From: a virus
Reading direction: 5' to 3' (one strand)
DNA length: 64,000 nt
IMG/VR virus record: IMGVR_UViG_3300037200_000088
Location: 1-64,000 of that record
The stretch's first letter is position 1. Each line of letters opens with the position of its first letter. This document shows positions 17,769-27,223 of this stretch, one piece after another. The position numbers and the translations under genes are program-made. The notes beneath the pieces are model-generated. The model ran no database searches. It worked only from the letters and a program-made list of their open reading frames with translations, and was not told where the DNA came from.

Positions 17769-19658
17769 CTAGATGTTGTTGCCGCCGTTGACGACGCCGT
17801 TGAGGCTGCCTCCGGTCAGCAGATATCCACCGCCGCTGTTCAACGAGATGTTATTGACGACTAGACAGTTCCCCCCCAAGCCAGCGGTCTCTACATCATA
17901 GAGCGTCGCGTCGATCGCTACGCTCTCCGCCCCCGTTCCGTCGAAGACGTTGTTTGTAACGATGCCAGGCAAGAAGAAATCGTTCGAGCTCATAAGAACC
18001 AAGCCAGGCGGGCAAGCCACGCCGCCAGTGCCTCCCGGGGCAGCCGCCGTTGCGGTAAACGTCGTCCCTACCGTGTTGTTTGGCGATCCTAGCGAGGTCC
18101 AACTCGTGCTGCCGGCGGTGATGATGGTGTACCGATCTCCGACGGTGAGATACTGTGGATCGAGGTTGCTGGTAATCACCGTATTTCCTACGAAGCGGAT
18201 ACCCCCGCATCCATTGAACTTCGCGGTTCCCAACGAGCAGCCCTGCACTCTCCACTCAACGTTATCCTGATCGGTTGCAGCCATGTCGATAGACCGAACA
18301 GATTGACCGATGATCAAACTGTCGAGGACAAAAACCCCTTGCGGGTCCTGGTTAACACCAGTCCCGCCGCTCGCATGAAATTGGACTCCGAAACACCCAC
18401 CGAGCAATGTGCACTTCTCAAAATAGATGGCGGTAGGAACGTTTGGCGAAGAACCCGACAAGGAGGTTTTATGCACGACGCAGGCCGATTGACTTCCTAG
18501 AACCGCGTCGGCGGCGGCGCTGAAGTTGATGTAGCAATCGTTCATATCCTGCAAGAACAGGCCAACGAAAGCAAACTTCTGTCCATAGGTTGCTGACGCG
18601 GTATACAGCGAGACGTTGTCGATGACGCACGACCGAACGCCCGCGCCTGGCGCGCCGGCTATGCCAGTCATTTTGACGTTGATGGCGCCGACTATTGTTC
18701 CGACCGCGCTTCCGATTGAGTCCCCGACAGGGCAATCTATTACGACCTTGAAGTCCCTGAGCAGAAGCGAGCCGCACTGGCCGTCGTAGGAGTTGGCGTC
18801 TGCAATGGCGAAATTGAGCGTGGCGCTCGCGCTTCCGAGAATGATCTTCGACTGGCCGCCGACGCCGAACATACTGACGGCCTGGTTGATTGCGATCGTT
18901 GCCCCGACCTGGGCTGTGATCATGTACTCGCCCGCCAGCAGGGCCATCTTGCCGCTGTTGATGGCGCCCTGGAGGGGTATGGTGTCGTCGGTCAGGCCTA
19001 GGCCGCCGGCTTCGAACATTTCCGGTGTGACAAAGGCCCCGGAAAACAAGACGCCGCTAGGGCCGACCAACGCAGCGCCGAGAGCGATTGCGCCCGAGCC
19101 CTGGAGTACATGCGGGGTGGGCGAGTAAAGCGCGAGTTGCCCAGCGCTGCCAAACCCTATAGCCGCCGCGACCGCCGCATTGATCGCGGCGGTGACTGTC
19201 GCATCCAACGTGACCGTCGCCGCTGGCGTCGGGTTGGCGCCGCCGATAACCGTGTCATCAGCGCCCGTCGGCGCCGCTGGTGTCCCGGCCGCTGGCGGGA
19301 CAACGACGCCGGCCAAGAAGGCGATCGTCCCGCCGTCGACTCGCTCGTAATCCGCGCCCGGCAACGTGAAGCCAAGTTCGGCTGAATATGTCAGGGTCGC
19401 CACGCCGATCAGCAGCGAGGCTGGACATCTGACGACAACCTGCGCCGGAGGCCCCGCAAGGAAGGCCACCGTCGCATTCGCATTTTGCGGCGAGCCGCCG
19501 GTGCGAAAATCCAGCGTTATGACCGGCGACCCCGCCATCGGACGGATCTGGAAAATCCAGACCGCCTCAGCGAGGTTCGAATAAATGCTGGCGAAGTTGG
19601 AGACGTTGTAGGTGAACTGGAAACGCTCGTTGAGATAAGCGGTGAGGCTTAATGTCAT
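17769..19658 (-). CDS. Tailspike: adaptor N-terminal domain plus beta-helix
   Basis: VTPEMFEAGGLGLTDDTIPLQGAIN cap; ATGA-coupled start at 19658. Confidence 0.8.
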   Translation of the reverse strand: MTLSLTAYLNERFQFTYNVSNFASIYSNLAEAVWIFQIRPMAGSPVITLDFRTGGSPQNANATVAFLAGPPAQVVVRCPASLLIGVATLTYSAELGFTLPGADYERVDGGTIAFLAGVVVPPAAGTPAAPTGADDTVIGGANPTPAATVTLDATVTAAINAAVAAAIGFGSAGQLALYSPTPHVLQGSGAIALGAALVGPSGVLFSGAFVTPEMFEAGGLGLTDDTIPLQGAINSGKMALLAGEYMITAQVGATIAINQAVSMFGVGGQSKIILGSASATLNFAIADANSYDGQCGSLLLRDFKVVIDCPVGDSIGSAVGTIVGAINVKMTGIAGAPGAGVRSCVIDNVSLYTASATYGQKFAFVGLFLQDMNDCYINFSAAADAVLGSQSACVVHKTSLSGSSPNVPTAIYFEKCTLLGGCFGVQFHASGGTGVNQDPQGVFVLDSLIIGQSVRSIDMAATDQDNVEWRVQGCSLGTAKFNGCGGIRFVGNTVITSNLDPQYLTVGDRYTIITAGSTSWTSLGSPNNTVGTTFTATAAAPGGTGGVACPPGLVLMSSNDFFLPGIVTNNVFDGTGAESVAIDATLYDVETAGLGGNCLVVNNISLNSGGGYLLTGGSLNGVVNGGNNI

Positions 19659-20242
19659 GGCGCTGGCCACGCTGCGGCGTCAATCGCGGCTTCTGTCGTG
19701 ATCGTCGCGGCGGTAATCGCGGCCATGACTGTTTCGAGCGCGGCGAAGGTCGACTGAACCCAATCTGCGATATTGTCGGCGGTCGTTAGGAAATCAGCAG
19801 CGGAGATCGTCACGAAGGCGCCAGTCGAAGAGAATTGCCAAAGCACGCTGGTCGGCGCGCCGGATTGTTGTAGGCGCAGCGCGTTGCCGGTGATCAACGC
19901 CAGCGAAGTCGGGTCGGTGGCGAATAGGTAGGAGGTTCCCTCGATCGTTACGTTGTGGCCGCCGGTCGCTAACGTCCATTGCTTCGCGTTGGCGTAGGCT
20001 AGGAGTTGCGCGGTCGTTGGAGCCGGAAGCGTCGGGGCTGCGGGCGCGATCAGCGCGCCGCCGGAGAGCGTCCATCCAATCCCGGCGCCGGGCTGGATCA
20101 TGAAAGACGACCCGGTCGGCGGCGACATCGTTGCACCGCCGGGCAGCGAAAGAACGCCGCCGGATAGCGTCGCCGCGGCGTCGACCAGCAGCGTGTTGAC
20201 GACGACGCCGCCCACGACTTCTTGAACAATTTGCGTAACCAT
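19655..20242 (-). CDS. Tail fibre assembly-type protein (DUF4376-like)
   Basis: LLAYANAKQW...GG, ATD..S, WVQSTFA, ITT.AAIDAAAWP; follows fibre gene. Confidence 0.75.
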   Translation of the reverse strand: MVTQIVQEVVGGVVVNTLLVDAAATLSGGVLSLPGGATMSPPTGSSFMIQPGAGIGWTLSGGALIAPAAPTLPAPTTAQLLAYANAKQWTLATGGHNVTIEGTSYLFATDPTSLALITGNALRLQQSGAPTSVLWQFSSTGAFVTISAADFLTTADNIADWVQSTFAALETVMAAITAATITTEAAIDAAAWPAP

Positions 20243-20253
20243 CCGCGCGCCCC

Positions 20254-21765
20254 TCAGAATTTGATAATGACGAAGCCATTGGCGCCGGTCCCGCCGTTGG
20301 CCGTGCCGCTGGCGCAGGCGCCCCCGTTTGACCCGCCGCCTGGAAACAGACCGGCCGCACCGACAGGACCGATGACCCCCCAATTTGGCGCGCCACCCCC
20401 GAATGGTGAGCCGCCGCCCGCGCCGTTGACAGGGAGCGCGCCAGATCCCGTGCCGGTGGCTGAGCCGATACCGCCCTGCTCGCCGTTCAACTCGATTTGA
20501 GCACCGAAGCCGCTGCCACCGACGCCCGGAACGTTGATCGCGTTAGGCGACCCGCCGCCGCCGCCGGTCGCATAAACCGGCGTGGTTGACCCAAAGGTGG
20601 TCGTGCCGCCAGCGCTGCCGTAATTGGCGCCGATGCCCCCGGTGCCGCCGGCTCCCACCGTGACGGTGATCACCTGCCCGGGCGTGACCCCTACGTCGTA
20701 CGCGTGCGCGTAACCACCGCCGCCGCCGCCGCTCGATGATGCGTTGGTCCCGGAGGAGCCGCCACCAGCGCCGCCAGCGCCCCAGAGTTCAACCTCTTTC
20801 AGGTTGTAGAGTCCCGCCGGAACCGTCCATGTGGTTGAAGAAAGAAACGGTATTACCTGCGATATGGCTTGGCTGTCGGTGTAGACGCCTAGCAACTGAG
20901 CCGACGACCCGGTGTTGGAAAAGAGAGTGTTCGCGCTGGCCTGAATGTCGTTTTTCTGGCAAGGCGTCCCATCCGCCCGGGTAATGGTCAACTGGCCGAG
21001 CGATCCGATCTGGATCGTGGGCGTCGTTGTCTGGTTATTGTGAGCGACGTCCACCAAGTAGAGTTGGCCCTGCTTGTAGGCCGTGATCGCCGGCGCAAGA
21101 TTGGTGACCTCGATCGCGTCGGCCGCGCCACTGTCCGCGCCGAAATACGGGCCGACGCCATTGACGCTGGCGCTGGTGCTGTAGGCGTCGATCAGTTGGA
21201 CGCCCGAACCTGTATCGGCGAACAGCGTATCCGCGCCGGCCTTGATGTCGTGCGGCTGGCAAGGCGTCCCGTCCGCCCTGGTGATCGTTTGCACGCCGAT
21301 CGAATTGATCTCGAATGTCGGCGTCGTGGTCAGATTGTCGTGCGCGACGTTGATCAGGAAAAGCTGGCCGGCGACATAACCGGTAATCGAGGGCGAGAGA
21401 TCGGTAACGTGGATAGCGTCCGCCGATCCGCTGTCGATCCCGTAGTAGGGGCCGAGGAACCCGGTAGGCGGCGCGGGAAGATTGGCGGCGATGACGGCTT
21501 CGAGCGCCGCCAGAAACTCCGCCTCAAGCGTCGCAACATTGCCATCGTCGTTGACGTTGGCCGACTGATGATCGGCGGTAAATTGCGCAATCATGGTCGC
21601 GACGACGCTCGCTTGGCGCATCGCATTGTTGAAGGTCACCGGGTCGGCAATGCCGATTTGCGCACCGAGTTGGCGGATCGTCGCCGCAGCATAAGCCGCT
21701 GGTGTCGCAGGTATATTCGCGCCAACCCCAGTCGCCCAGGTGACAAATTCGTTGGTGGGAGGCAT
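20254..21765 (-). CDS. Tail fibre protein with duplicated domain and Gly-rich C-terminus
   Basis: TNEF..WATG.GAN / NNAMRQAS..ATMIAQF baseplate-anchor N-terminus; WTVPAG...VELWGAGG domain. Confidence 0.85.
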   Translation of the reverse strand: MPPTNEFVTWATGVGANIPATPAAYAAATIRQLGAQIGIADPVTFNNAMRQASVVATMIAQFTADHQSANVNDDGNVATLEAEFLAALEAVIAANLPAPPTGFLGPYYGIDSGSADAIHVTDLSPSITGYVAGQLFLINVAHDNLTTTPTFEINSIGVQTITRADGTPCQPHDIKAGADTLFADTGSGVQLIDAYSTSASVNGVGPYFGADSGAADAIEVTNLAPAITAYKQGQLYLVDVAHNNQTTTPTIQIGSLGQLTITRADGTPCQKNDIQASANTLFSNTGSSAQLLGVYTDSQAISQVIPFLSSTTWTVPAGLYNLKEVELWGAGGAGGGSSGTNASSSGGGGGGYAHAYDVGVTPGQVITVTVGAGGTGGIGANYGSAGGTTTFGSTTPVYATGGGGGSPNAINVPGVGGSGFGAQIELNGEQGGIGSATGTGSGALPVNGAGGGSPFGGGAPNWGVIGPVGAAGLFPGGGSNGGACASGTANGGTGANGFVIIKF

Positions 21766-21777
21766 TCTGAAGTCCCT

Positions 21778-22587
21778 TTAGGAGACGATGTTCTGAGCGA
21801 CGAAGTCGGGCGGTTCGCCCCAAGAGCCGACTTCCCAGCCGGAGACGAATTCGTTCATCAGGCCCCAACCAAACAAAGGCGTGTTGTCGACCGTGACGAC
21901 CTTGATATCGAGATAGACGCCAGCGGGACCGATCGGGATCAGCTTTTGGGCAAGGATTTCGAGATCAACGACGCTCGGTATCTGCCCTGAGACGCCTATT
22001 TCCCAGTGCATCCCGATCGTCTGCAGCGTTGGCTGCGTCTGACCCAAGAACTCGCCCGGCGCGCGCCAGTAGGCCTGCCCCCAGCCATTGGCGGGAACGC
22101 CCCACGAGAACGGCTGGATGACACCGACGGCGCCGGAGACATCCTCAACGAACACATGGGTTGCCGGATTGATGAAGTACGCGTTGAGCGCGGCTTGCGC
22201 CGAGTCGGTTTGACCGTCGCCGTAGTTGGCGATGATCTTGGCGTAGAGCAGCCGGCGGTAGGTGTCGTCGTCGAGGCTGTCGATGTAGGCCGCGTTGATA
22301 TTGGGGCCTTGCCAGTAGCCTTGCGACCAGCCGCGAAGCGGATCGCTCCAAGTGAACCAGGGCTGCGCTACCGGGATCGTGACCTTGCGCGATTGCCCGA
22401 CCCATTGACCGACTACATCGAGCTGTGCACCGACCGCGACGTTGAGATCGAACGCCTGCGAGAGATTTGCGAAAAAGCTCTGGACATCGGCGAACGAAGC
22501 GACAGAGGCGGCGATCGTCGCATTGAAGTTAGGCTTGTTGGCATAGAGCGGCGGGATGAGCGCCAGATAGTCGTTGGTGGCGCGCAT
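21778..22587 (-). CDS. Baseplate wedge protein (DUF2612-like)
   Basis: FDLNVAVGAQLDVVGQWVG, LDDDTYRRLLYAKI. Confidence 0.85.
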   Translation of the reverse strand: MRATNDYLALIPPLYANKPNFNATIAASVASFADVQSFFANLSQAFDLNVAVGAQLDVVGQWVGQSRKVTIPVAQPWFTWSDPLRGWSQGYWQGPNINAAYIDSLDDDTYRRLLYAKIIANYGDGQTDSAQAALNAYFINPATHVFVEDVSGAVGVIQPFSWGVPANGWGQAYWRAPGEFLGQTQPTLQTIGMHWEIGVSGQIPSVVDLEILAQKLIPIGPAGVYLDIKVVTVDNTPLFGWGLMNEFVSGWEVGSWGEPPDFVAQNIVS

Positions 22588-22636
22588 CAGGTTTTGCCTC
22601 TATAGGCTCTCAAAGAAGTTCTGGAGGATCGAAGAG

Positions 22637-22858
22637 ATGACCGTTGACGAGCTGCGCACCGCACTTGAGGGCGTGCCGGGCGAGCTGGAAGTGCAAATGT
22701 ATTGCGATCAAACGCTTGCGGAGGTGGACGTCGCGCACGTCGCTCGTCTGGACAGAAACTCGCGCATGAAACTTGGCGAGCCGTTATCCCCGAGGGGGAC
22801 ACCCTTCTTTGCGGTCGGCGATAAATATCCTGATAAATCCAAGCCTACGGATTGCTGA
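22637..22858 (+). CDS. Small antisense hypothetical protein
   Basis: GGAGG SD; MTVDELRTALEGVPGELEV is a common phage N-terminus; fills gap in baseplate operon. Confidence 0.65.
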   Translation: MTVDELRTALEGVPGELEVQMYCDQTLAEVDVAHVARLDRNSRMKLGEPLSPRGTPFFAVGDKYPDKSKPTDC

Positions 22859-24044
22859 CGATGACCGAGACGTTCCCCGGCACGCACAGCGGCGCTTCGT
22901 TGAAGTTGATCATTACGTCGGCTTGCGTGGGCGTAAGACCATCGCGCGCGACGGCGATCGATTGGATTTCGAACGTCTGCGATTGCAAGCCGCCGAACAG
23001 ATAGGCCGCAGCGTAGGCGCGGGTCCATTGGATGCCGTTGCCGATCCCGATATTGTTGGTCCAATTGGCAAGCGAATTCTGGATCAGCGCCTCGACATCG
23101 GTCGTGAATCCGTTCAGCGATTTGATCGTCACGGCATAGGTGATCAGCGGTTCGAGCACCGGGAAATAGTTGACCGTCGAGGGAATGCCATAAGCGTCGG
23201 TGAGGATAACCGACGCCGAGCCATAGGTGCCGCAGCCGCCCTTTTTCGCCTTGATGGTCGCCGCGATCGAAGCCGCAACGCCTCCGTCGACGACGACCGC
23301 GATGCAATGGCCGGGAACGCCGTTCGCGTCGGGCAGGTTGCCCTCGTTCTCGTAGCAGCGCACGCGCGCAACGCCGGGCAGCGCCTCGATCGCGCCCTGT
23401 ACGCCTTGCAGGATCGCGGTAGAGGAATTCATGGTCGAAACCGACTGGCGCTGGCGTAGCGTCGCGTCGTCCTCAACCGGCAACCCTGCAGTGGCGTCGG
23501 AGATGTTGATCGCCGACTGCCAGCCTGGTTGGCTGTTCGATATTTCGTTGATCGTACCTTGCGGCGCCAGGATCGCCCCCGGCGTCGTGCAAATCGCGGT
23601 GACGACGATCTGCCCCGAGTAGGGGATCGTGACATTCGCCGGCAGCGCCCATGTGAAGCCGCCCTCATCCTCGAGCAGGCCGTTGATGATCGGCGAGAAC
23701 GCCTGACCGACGATCAGGATTTGCGCGTTCGAGTAGGAGGGGATCAGGCGTGCAAGACCGTTGATCTTGACGACGCTGGAAAGCCCGACGCCTTGCGCTG
23801 TAGTTGGTGAGAACGCGTTGTACGCTTGGACCGCCATTGCGTTGGTGTCGTCGATCGCGGAAGCAATCAACCCGACCCATTCTCCGTCTTGCGTCGAGGA
23901 ATCTAGACTTACGTCGCTGCCGTAAATCGACTGAAACTGCGCCACGACCCATGCCAGAACGGTCGCCAGCGTCGGCCGGCTGATCCCCGTAGGCGTGATC
24001 GTGCAAACCGGCGTCGTGCCGGCCTGGATTGACGACGTCGCCAT
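22845..24044 (-). CDS. Baseplate J/gp47 family protein
   Basis: IYGSD...STQDGEW, PTTAQGVGL, EDDATLRQR, PGHCIAVVVDGG. Confidence 0.9.
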   Translation of the reverse strand: MATSSIQAGTTPVCTITPTGISRPTLATVLAWVVAQFQSIYGSDVSLDSSTQDGEWVGLIASAIDDTNAMAVQAYNAFSPTTAQGVGLSSVVKINGLARLIPSYSNAQILIVGQAFSPIINGLLEDEGGFTWALPANVTIPYSGQIVVTAICTTPGAILAPQGTINEISNSQPGWQSAINISDATAGLPVEDDATLRQRQSVSTMNSSTAILQGVQGAIEALPGVARVRCYENEGNLPDANGVPGHCIAVVVDGGVAASIAATIKAKKGGCGTYGSASVILTDAYGIPSTVNYFPVLEPLITYAVTIKSLNGFTTDVEALIQNSLANWTNNIGIGNGIQWTRAYAAAYLFGGLQSQTFEIQSIAVARDGLTPTQADVMINFNEAPLCVPGNVSVIVSNP

Positions 24045-24045
24045 T

Positions 24046-24435
24046 TTAGATCGGACCTAGGAAGACATATTGGCCGAACGACGTGTCGACCTTGGCGGCG
24101 ACATTCCACTGGCGCGTCTGCCGATTGAGCTGCGAATTGTAGCCGTCAATCCCGTTCACGTTCGGCGTGGCAAGGATGCGCTGTTGGATAGTCGCGTCGC
24201 GGAAGTCCTCGGTGTATTTGCCAAGCACGCGGGTCAACCAAGGCGTGCCGTCGTCGACATTTAAAAACCATTGCCCGAGCCAAAGTAAAAGACGCGTCTC
24301 GACCAACTGACCGACGCCTTCCGCCTTGTTGATGTAGTAGTCAGACGCGCCATGGCCGAAGACCATGTCTCCGCCGCCGGCGCCGGTGATAGCGACGCCG
24401 CCGGTAACAGGAGGACTGAGTTTTCTGATCCTCAC
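24046..24435 (-). CDS. Baseplate wedge subunit (gp46/gp25-like)
   Basis: RL.LWLGQWFLN..DGTPW..VLGK. Confidence 0.85.
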   Translation of the reverse strand: MRIRKLSPPVTGGVAITGAGGGDMVFGHGASDYYINKAEGVGQLVETRLLLWLGQWFLNVDDGTPWLTRVLGKYTEDFRDATIQQRILATPNVNGIDGYNSQLNRQTRQWNVAAKVDTSFGQYVFLGPI

Positions 24436-24438
24436 GCC

Positions 24439-25941
24439 TCAAAGCCCCCCTGTCGCCCCGGCGCTGTCCGCGTCCGCGTCGGGGAAGGATTGGATCGCAA
24501 CGATGTCATCCGCCGTCGGCTCGATTTCCGCCGCCATCGCGGCGATCAGCGCTGCGATTTGCGGTCCGGCCAGCGTGGCGGCGACGGCGAGTTCGTTCGG
24601 ATCCAGGCTGACGCCCATCGAGCCGGCGAGCGCCGCGAGCTGTAGCGCGGGCAGCGCGGCCTGCAACGTCGCAATCGCTGAGTTGGCGTTGGTCATCAGC
24701 GCGTTGATCTGCGCCGTCATGGCGGTGAAAGCCGCCATAGCCACGGCTTGGCTAGTTTCCGTAGAGAGCACGCCGGCCGTCAACCCCGTGACCTGGGCTT
24801 CTATCGCCGCGAGCGTCGAGGCGCTTTGCAGCGGTGCGAGTACGGCTGAGAGCGAAACCGGCGTCGGCGGATCGATTCCGAAATATTGGGTTATGTTCTG
24901 CGCCTGCGCCACGACGTCCGTGAGGCCGTACGCGCCTCCGGTTGGCGTCGTAGCCCCGGAAAGGGCCGATACGCCCGTCTCCAGCGCCCCTACGGCCGCC
25001 GAGAGGCCTCCCGAGCCGGTTAGCGCCGAGACGAGGCCAGCGCCGGCCCCGCCGAGCGTCGAGGTCAGTGAGGAGGCGGCCGAGGTAATCGCCGAGGTCA
25101 GGGAAGACGTCGCGGCTGCGGTCGGGCTCGAAAGCAGCGAGCTTATACCGACCGACATCACCGTCGACATAATCGAGGAGATCTGGCTCGATCCGGACAT
25201 TGGCGGCGGTATCGGCTTGGTCGCGACCAGTTTTCGGTTGGCGAAGGTCATTCCCGGCGAAGGCAGCGGGCTTTGCTGAATCGTGTTGATCAAAACCTTG
25301 GCGGCGTTTTTGATGATGTTGCCGCTGGGAAGATGGATGGTCCCCGCCGCACCGCTGCCGCCAGTCGCGCCGCCGCTGCTAACCCCGCCGCCGCCGCTGC
25401 CGACGATGACCAGGTGCTTGACCGTCGAGGAGTGCGTGATCCCATTCGAGGGGTGGACATCGCTGACGTGGTTGCCGTTGTCGGAGCGGTTTTGCTGCGA
25501 GGTGGTCGACGGCGGCGGATTGAGCTTGCGCGGGTCGGATCGGCCGCCTGGCAACCAGCGAGAGTCGGCGAGATGGTGCGTCCTGTTGTCGATCGGGTCC
25601 TGAATACCGCCTTTTTGGTGCCAGAGATCCTGGGCCCGGCTGAGAAACTGGACGATCCCCTCGTCGCCCTTTTTTACCGGGTGGGTGTGCGATACGCCGC
25701 CCCCGTTGGGAAAGTGCACGGGGCTGGTATCGAGCGGGGGGAACGCGATCATTTTGACCGTGCCGTCCAGCATGGTGATCGCGAGATTGACGGCGGAGCT
25801 CGCGGTCGCGATATGCCCATTGCTATCCTGCGAGATGATCGCTGGCAGTGAGGTCCAGATACCCTTCAGCGCGCCGTTGACAGCCTCCTCAACCGCGTCC
25901 ATTTCCTGCGCGGCGTTCATCTTGATGCGCAGGACGTCCAT
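24439..25941 (-). CDS. Baseplate central spike (Gp138/gp45-like) with long C-terminal extension
   Basis: WTSLPAII, PVHFP.GGG...HPVKKGDEG...F, RTHHLAD N-terminal domain. Confidence 0.8.
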   Translation of the reverse strand: MDVLRIKMNAAQEMDAVEEAVNGALKGIWTSLPAIISQDSNGHIATASSAVNLAITMLDGTVKMIAFPPLDTSPVHFPNGGGVSHTHPVKKGDEGIVQFLSRAQDLWHQKGGIQDPIDNRTHHLADSRWLPGGRSDPRKLNPPPSTTSQQNRSDNGNHVSDVHPSNGITHSSTVKHLVIVGSGGGGVSSGGATGGSGAAGTIHLPSGNIIKNAAKVLINTIQQSPLPSPGMTFANRKLVATKPIPPPMSGSSQISSIMSTVMSVGISSLLSSPTAAATSSLTSAITSAASSLTSTLGGAGAGLVSALTGSGGLSAAVGALETGVSALSGATTPTGGAYGLTDVVAQAQNITQYFGIDPPTPVSLSAVLAPLQSASTLAAIEAQVTGLTAGVLSTETSQAVAMAAFTAMTAQINALMTNANSAIATLQAALPALQLAALAGSMGVSLDPNELAVAATLAGPQIAALIAAMAAEIEPTADDIVAIQSFPDADADSAGATGGL

Positions 25942-26915
25942 CAGGTTCCACCCAATTGGGCGGAAGAGAAGGTTTCGGCGGGCGTCGGCGCCTGGCCGAG
26001 CACGTTCATCGCGAGGTCCTGATACCAGGGCGTCCCGCGCGTGTCGGCGTCGACGTCGATCCGATAAATCCTGTAAATTCCGTCGCCGGCAACCGCCGCC
26101 ATGTTGATCGCATTGGGCAAATAGTTGGGGTCAATCGATCCGTCCGAGAGAAGCTGCGGAAGCATGCCTTGGACCAGCGACTCATCAATATGCACCAAGC
26201 TATGGAACTTTAGTTGTGGATTGATCAACGACCTTGCGTACAGGCCGCCGGTTTCGAGCGTCGGCATGCCGATCAGGCCAGTCAGCGTGTTCAATTCGGT
26301 CGCGCCGCCGGGGATCGCATCGTTGGGCGTGACCAGGTGCACCAGCGCATTTTGGATCGAAGCCGTCGCGCCCTTGGATTTGGCGACGTCGTTCATCAAT
26401 TTCCACGCCATGCCGAACAGCGCGATCGAGCGCGGGTAGACCGGCGTCGAGAGCTGAACCGACGGTCCAACAAAGCCGAGGCCAACGCCGAACTGTTTCA
26501 AGGCGGCGATCGACGTGTTGACGATATCGTTCGGCGTCGAGCCGGGCGGAAGCGTCTTGTTGACTTGCGCGTAGGTCTGCGCCTGCCCGCCGTCCGAGGC
26601 TAGGATCGTCGTCATCGTGTCGGTCGGGTTCTCGCGGCCGTAAATCGCCTTGCGCAGATCGCCTTGAAAGATCAGCCCCATGTTCCCGACGTAACCGGCG
26701 CTGATCGAAACGTTGCTGCCCTCCGCCTGCGGGGCACAAAGCGCCTTCGCAAGCCCGGGGTTCTGGTTGGTCAACAGGATCGTCGCCGTATTCGGCTGGT
26801 TGAGCGTCGATTGCTTGATCTTGAAACGGACGCGGATGCTGCCTTCGTTGGCGTCATAGGTTTTGCCGATATAGGCGAAGGTGACCGCGCATTGGCGGAT
26901 GTAGTTGGCACTCAT
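25941..26915 (-). CDS. Baseplate hub protein
   Basis: PNTATI, ISAGY...GLIFQG, TGLIGMP..., DTRGTPWY. Confidence 0.85.
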   Translation of the reverse strand: MSANYIRQCAVTFAYIGKTYDANEGSIRVRFKIKQSTLNQPNTATILLTNQNPGLAKALCAPQAEGSNVSISAGYVGNMGLIFQGDLRKAIYGRENPTDTMTTILASDGGQAQTYAQVNKTLPPGSTPNDIVNTSIAALKQFGVGLGFVGPSVQLSTPVYPRSIALFGMAWKLMNDVAKSKGATASIQNALVHLVTPNDAIPGGATELNTLTGLIGMPTLETGGLYARSLINPQLKFHSLVHIDESLVQGMLPQLLSDGSIDPNYLPNAINMAAVAGDGIYRIYRIDVDADTRGTPWYQDLAMNVLGQAPTPAETFSSAQLGGT

Positions 26916-27223
26916 GCCGCTATGTACAAATGAGCGGAACTTCCTAGATTGAAGAAACGCGGCACGGCGTCGGGATCTGCATCGGTAGCGCAGTACATTT
27001 GGCAACCGAAGTTCAAATACTCATATTGAGCCAGCAAGTCTGCCCCGGTAACCAACGGAATGCCTTGCACCAGAGGATTGTCGTCGCTGTCGGCGATATC
27101 CAACTCCCAGCAATCATTTGGCGTGAAGAGATAGATCAGCCTCAAGTTATAACTCTGCCCATTGGGGAAAACGACCGAAAGCGTTTGAGGCTGCGGCGTC
27201 AGCGGGACTTCGTAGACCGTCAT
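26912..27223 (-). CDS. Baseplate plug-type small protein
   Basis: EVPLTP.PQ, W.LDIAD....LVQGIPLVTGADLLAQY.YL. Confidence 0.85.
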   Translation of the reverse strand: MTVYEVPLTPQPQTLSVVFPNGQSYNLRLIYLFTPNDCWELDIADSDDNPLVQGIPLVTGADLLAQYEYLNFGCQMYCATDADPDAVPRFFNLGSSAHLYIAA

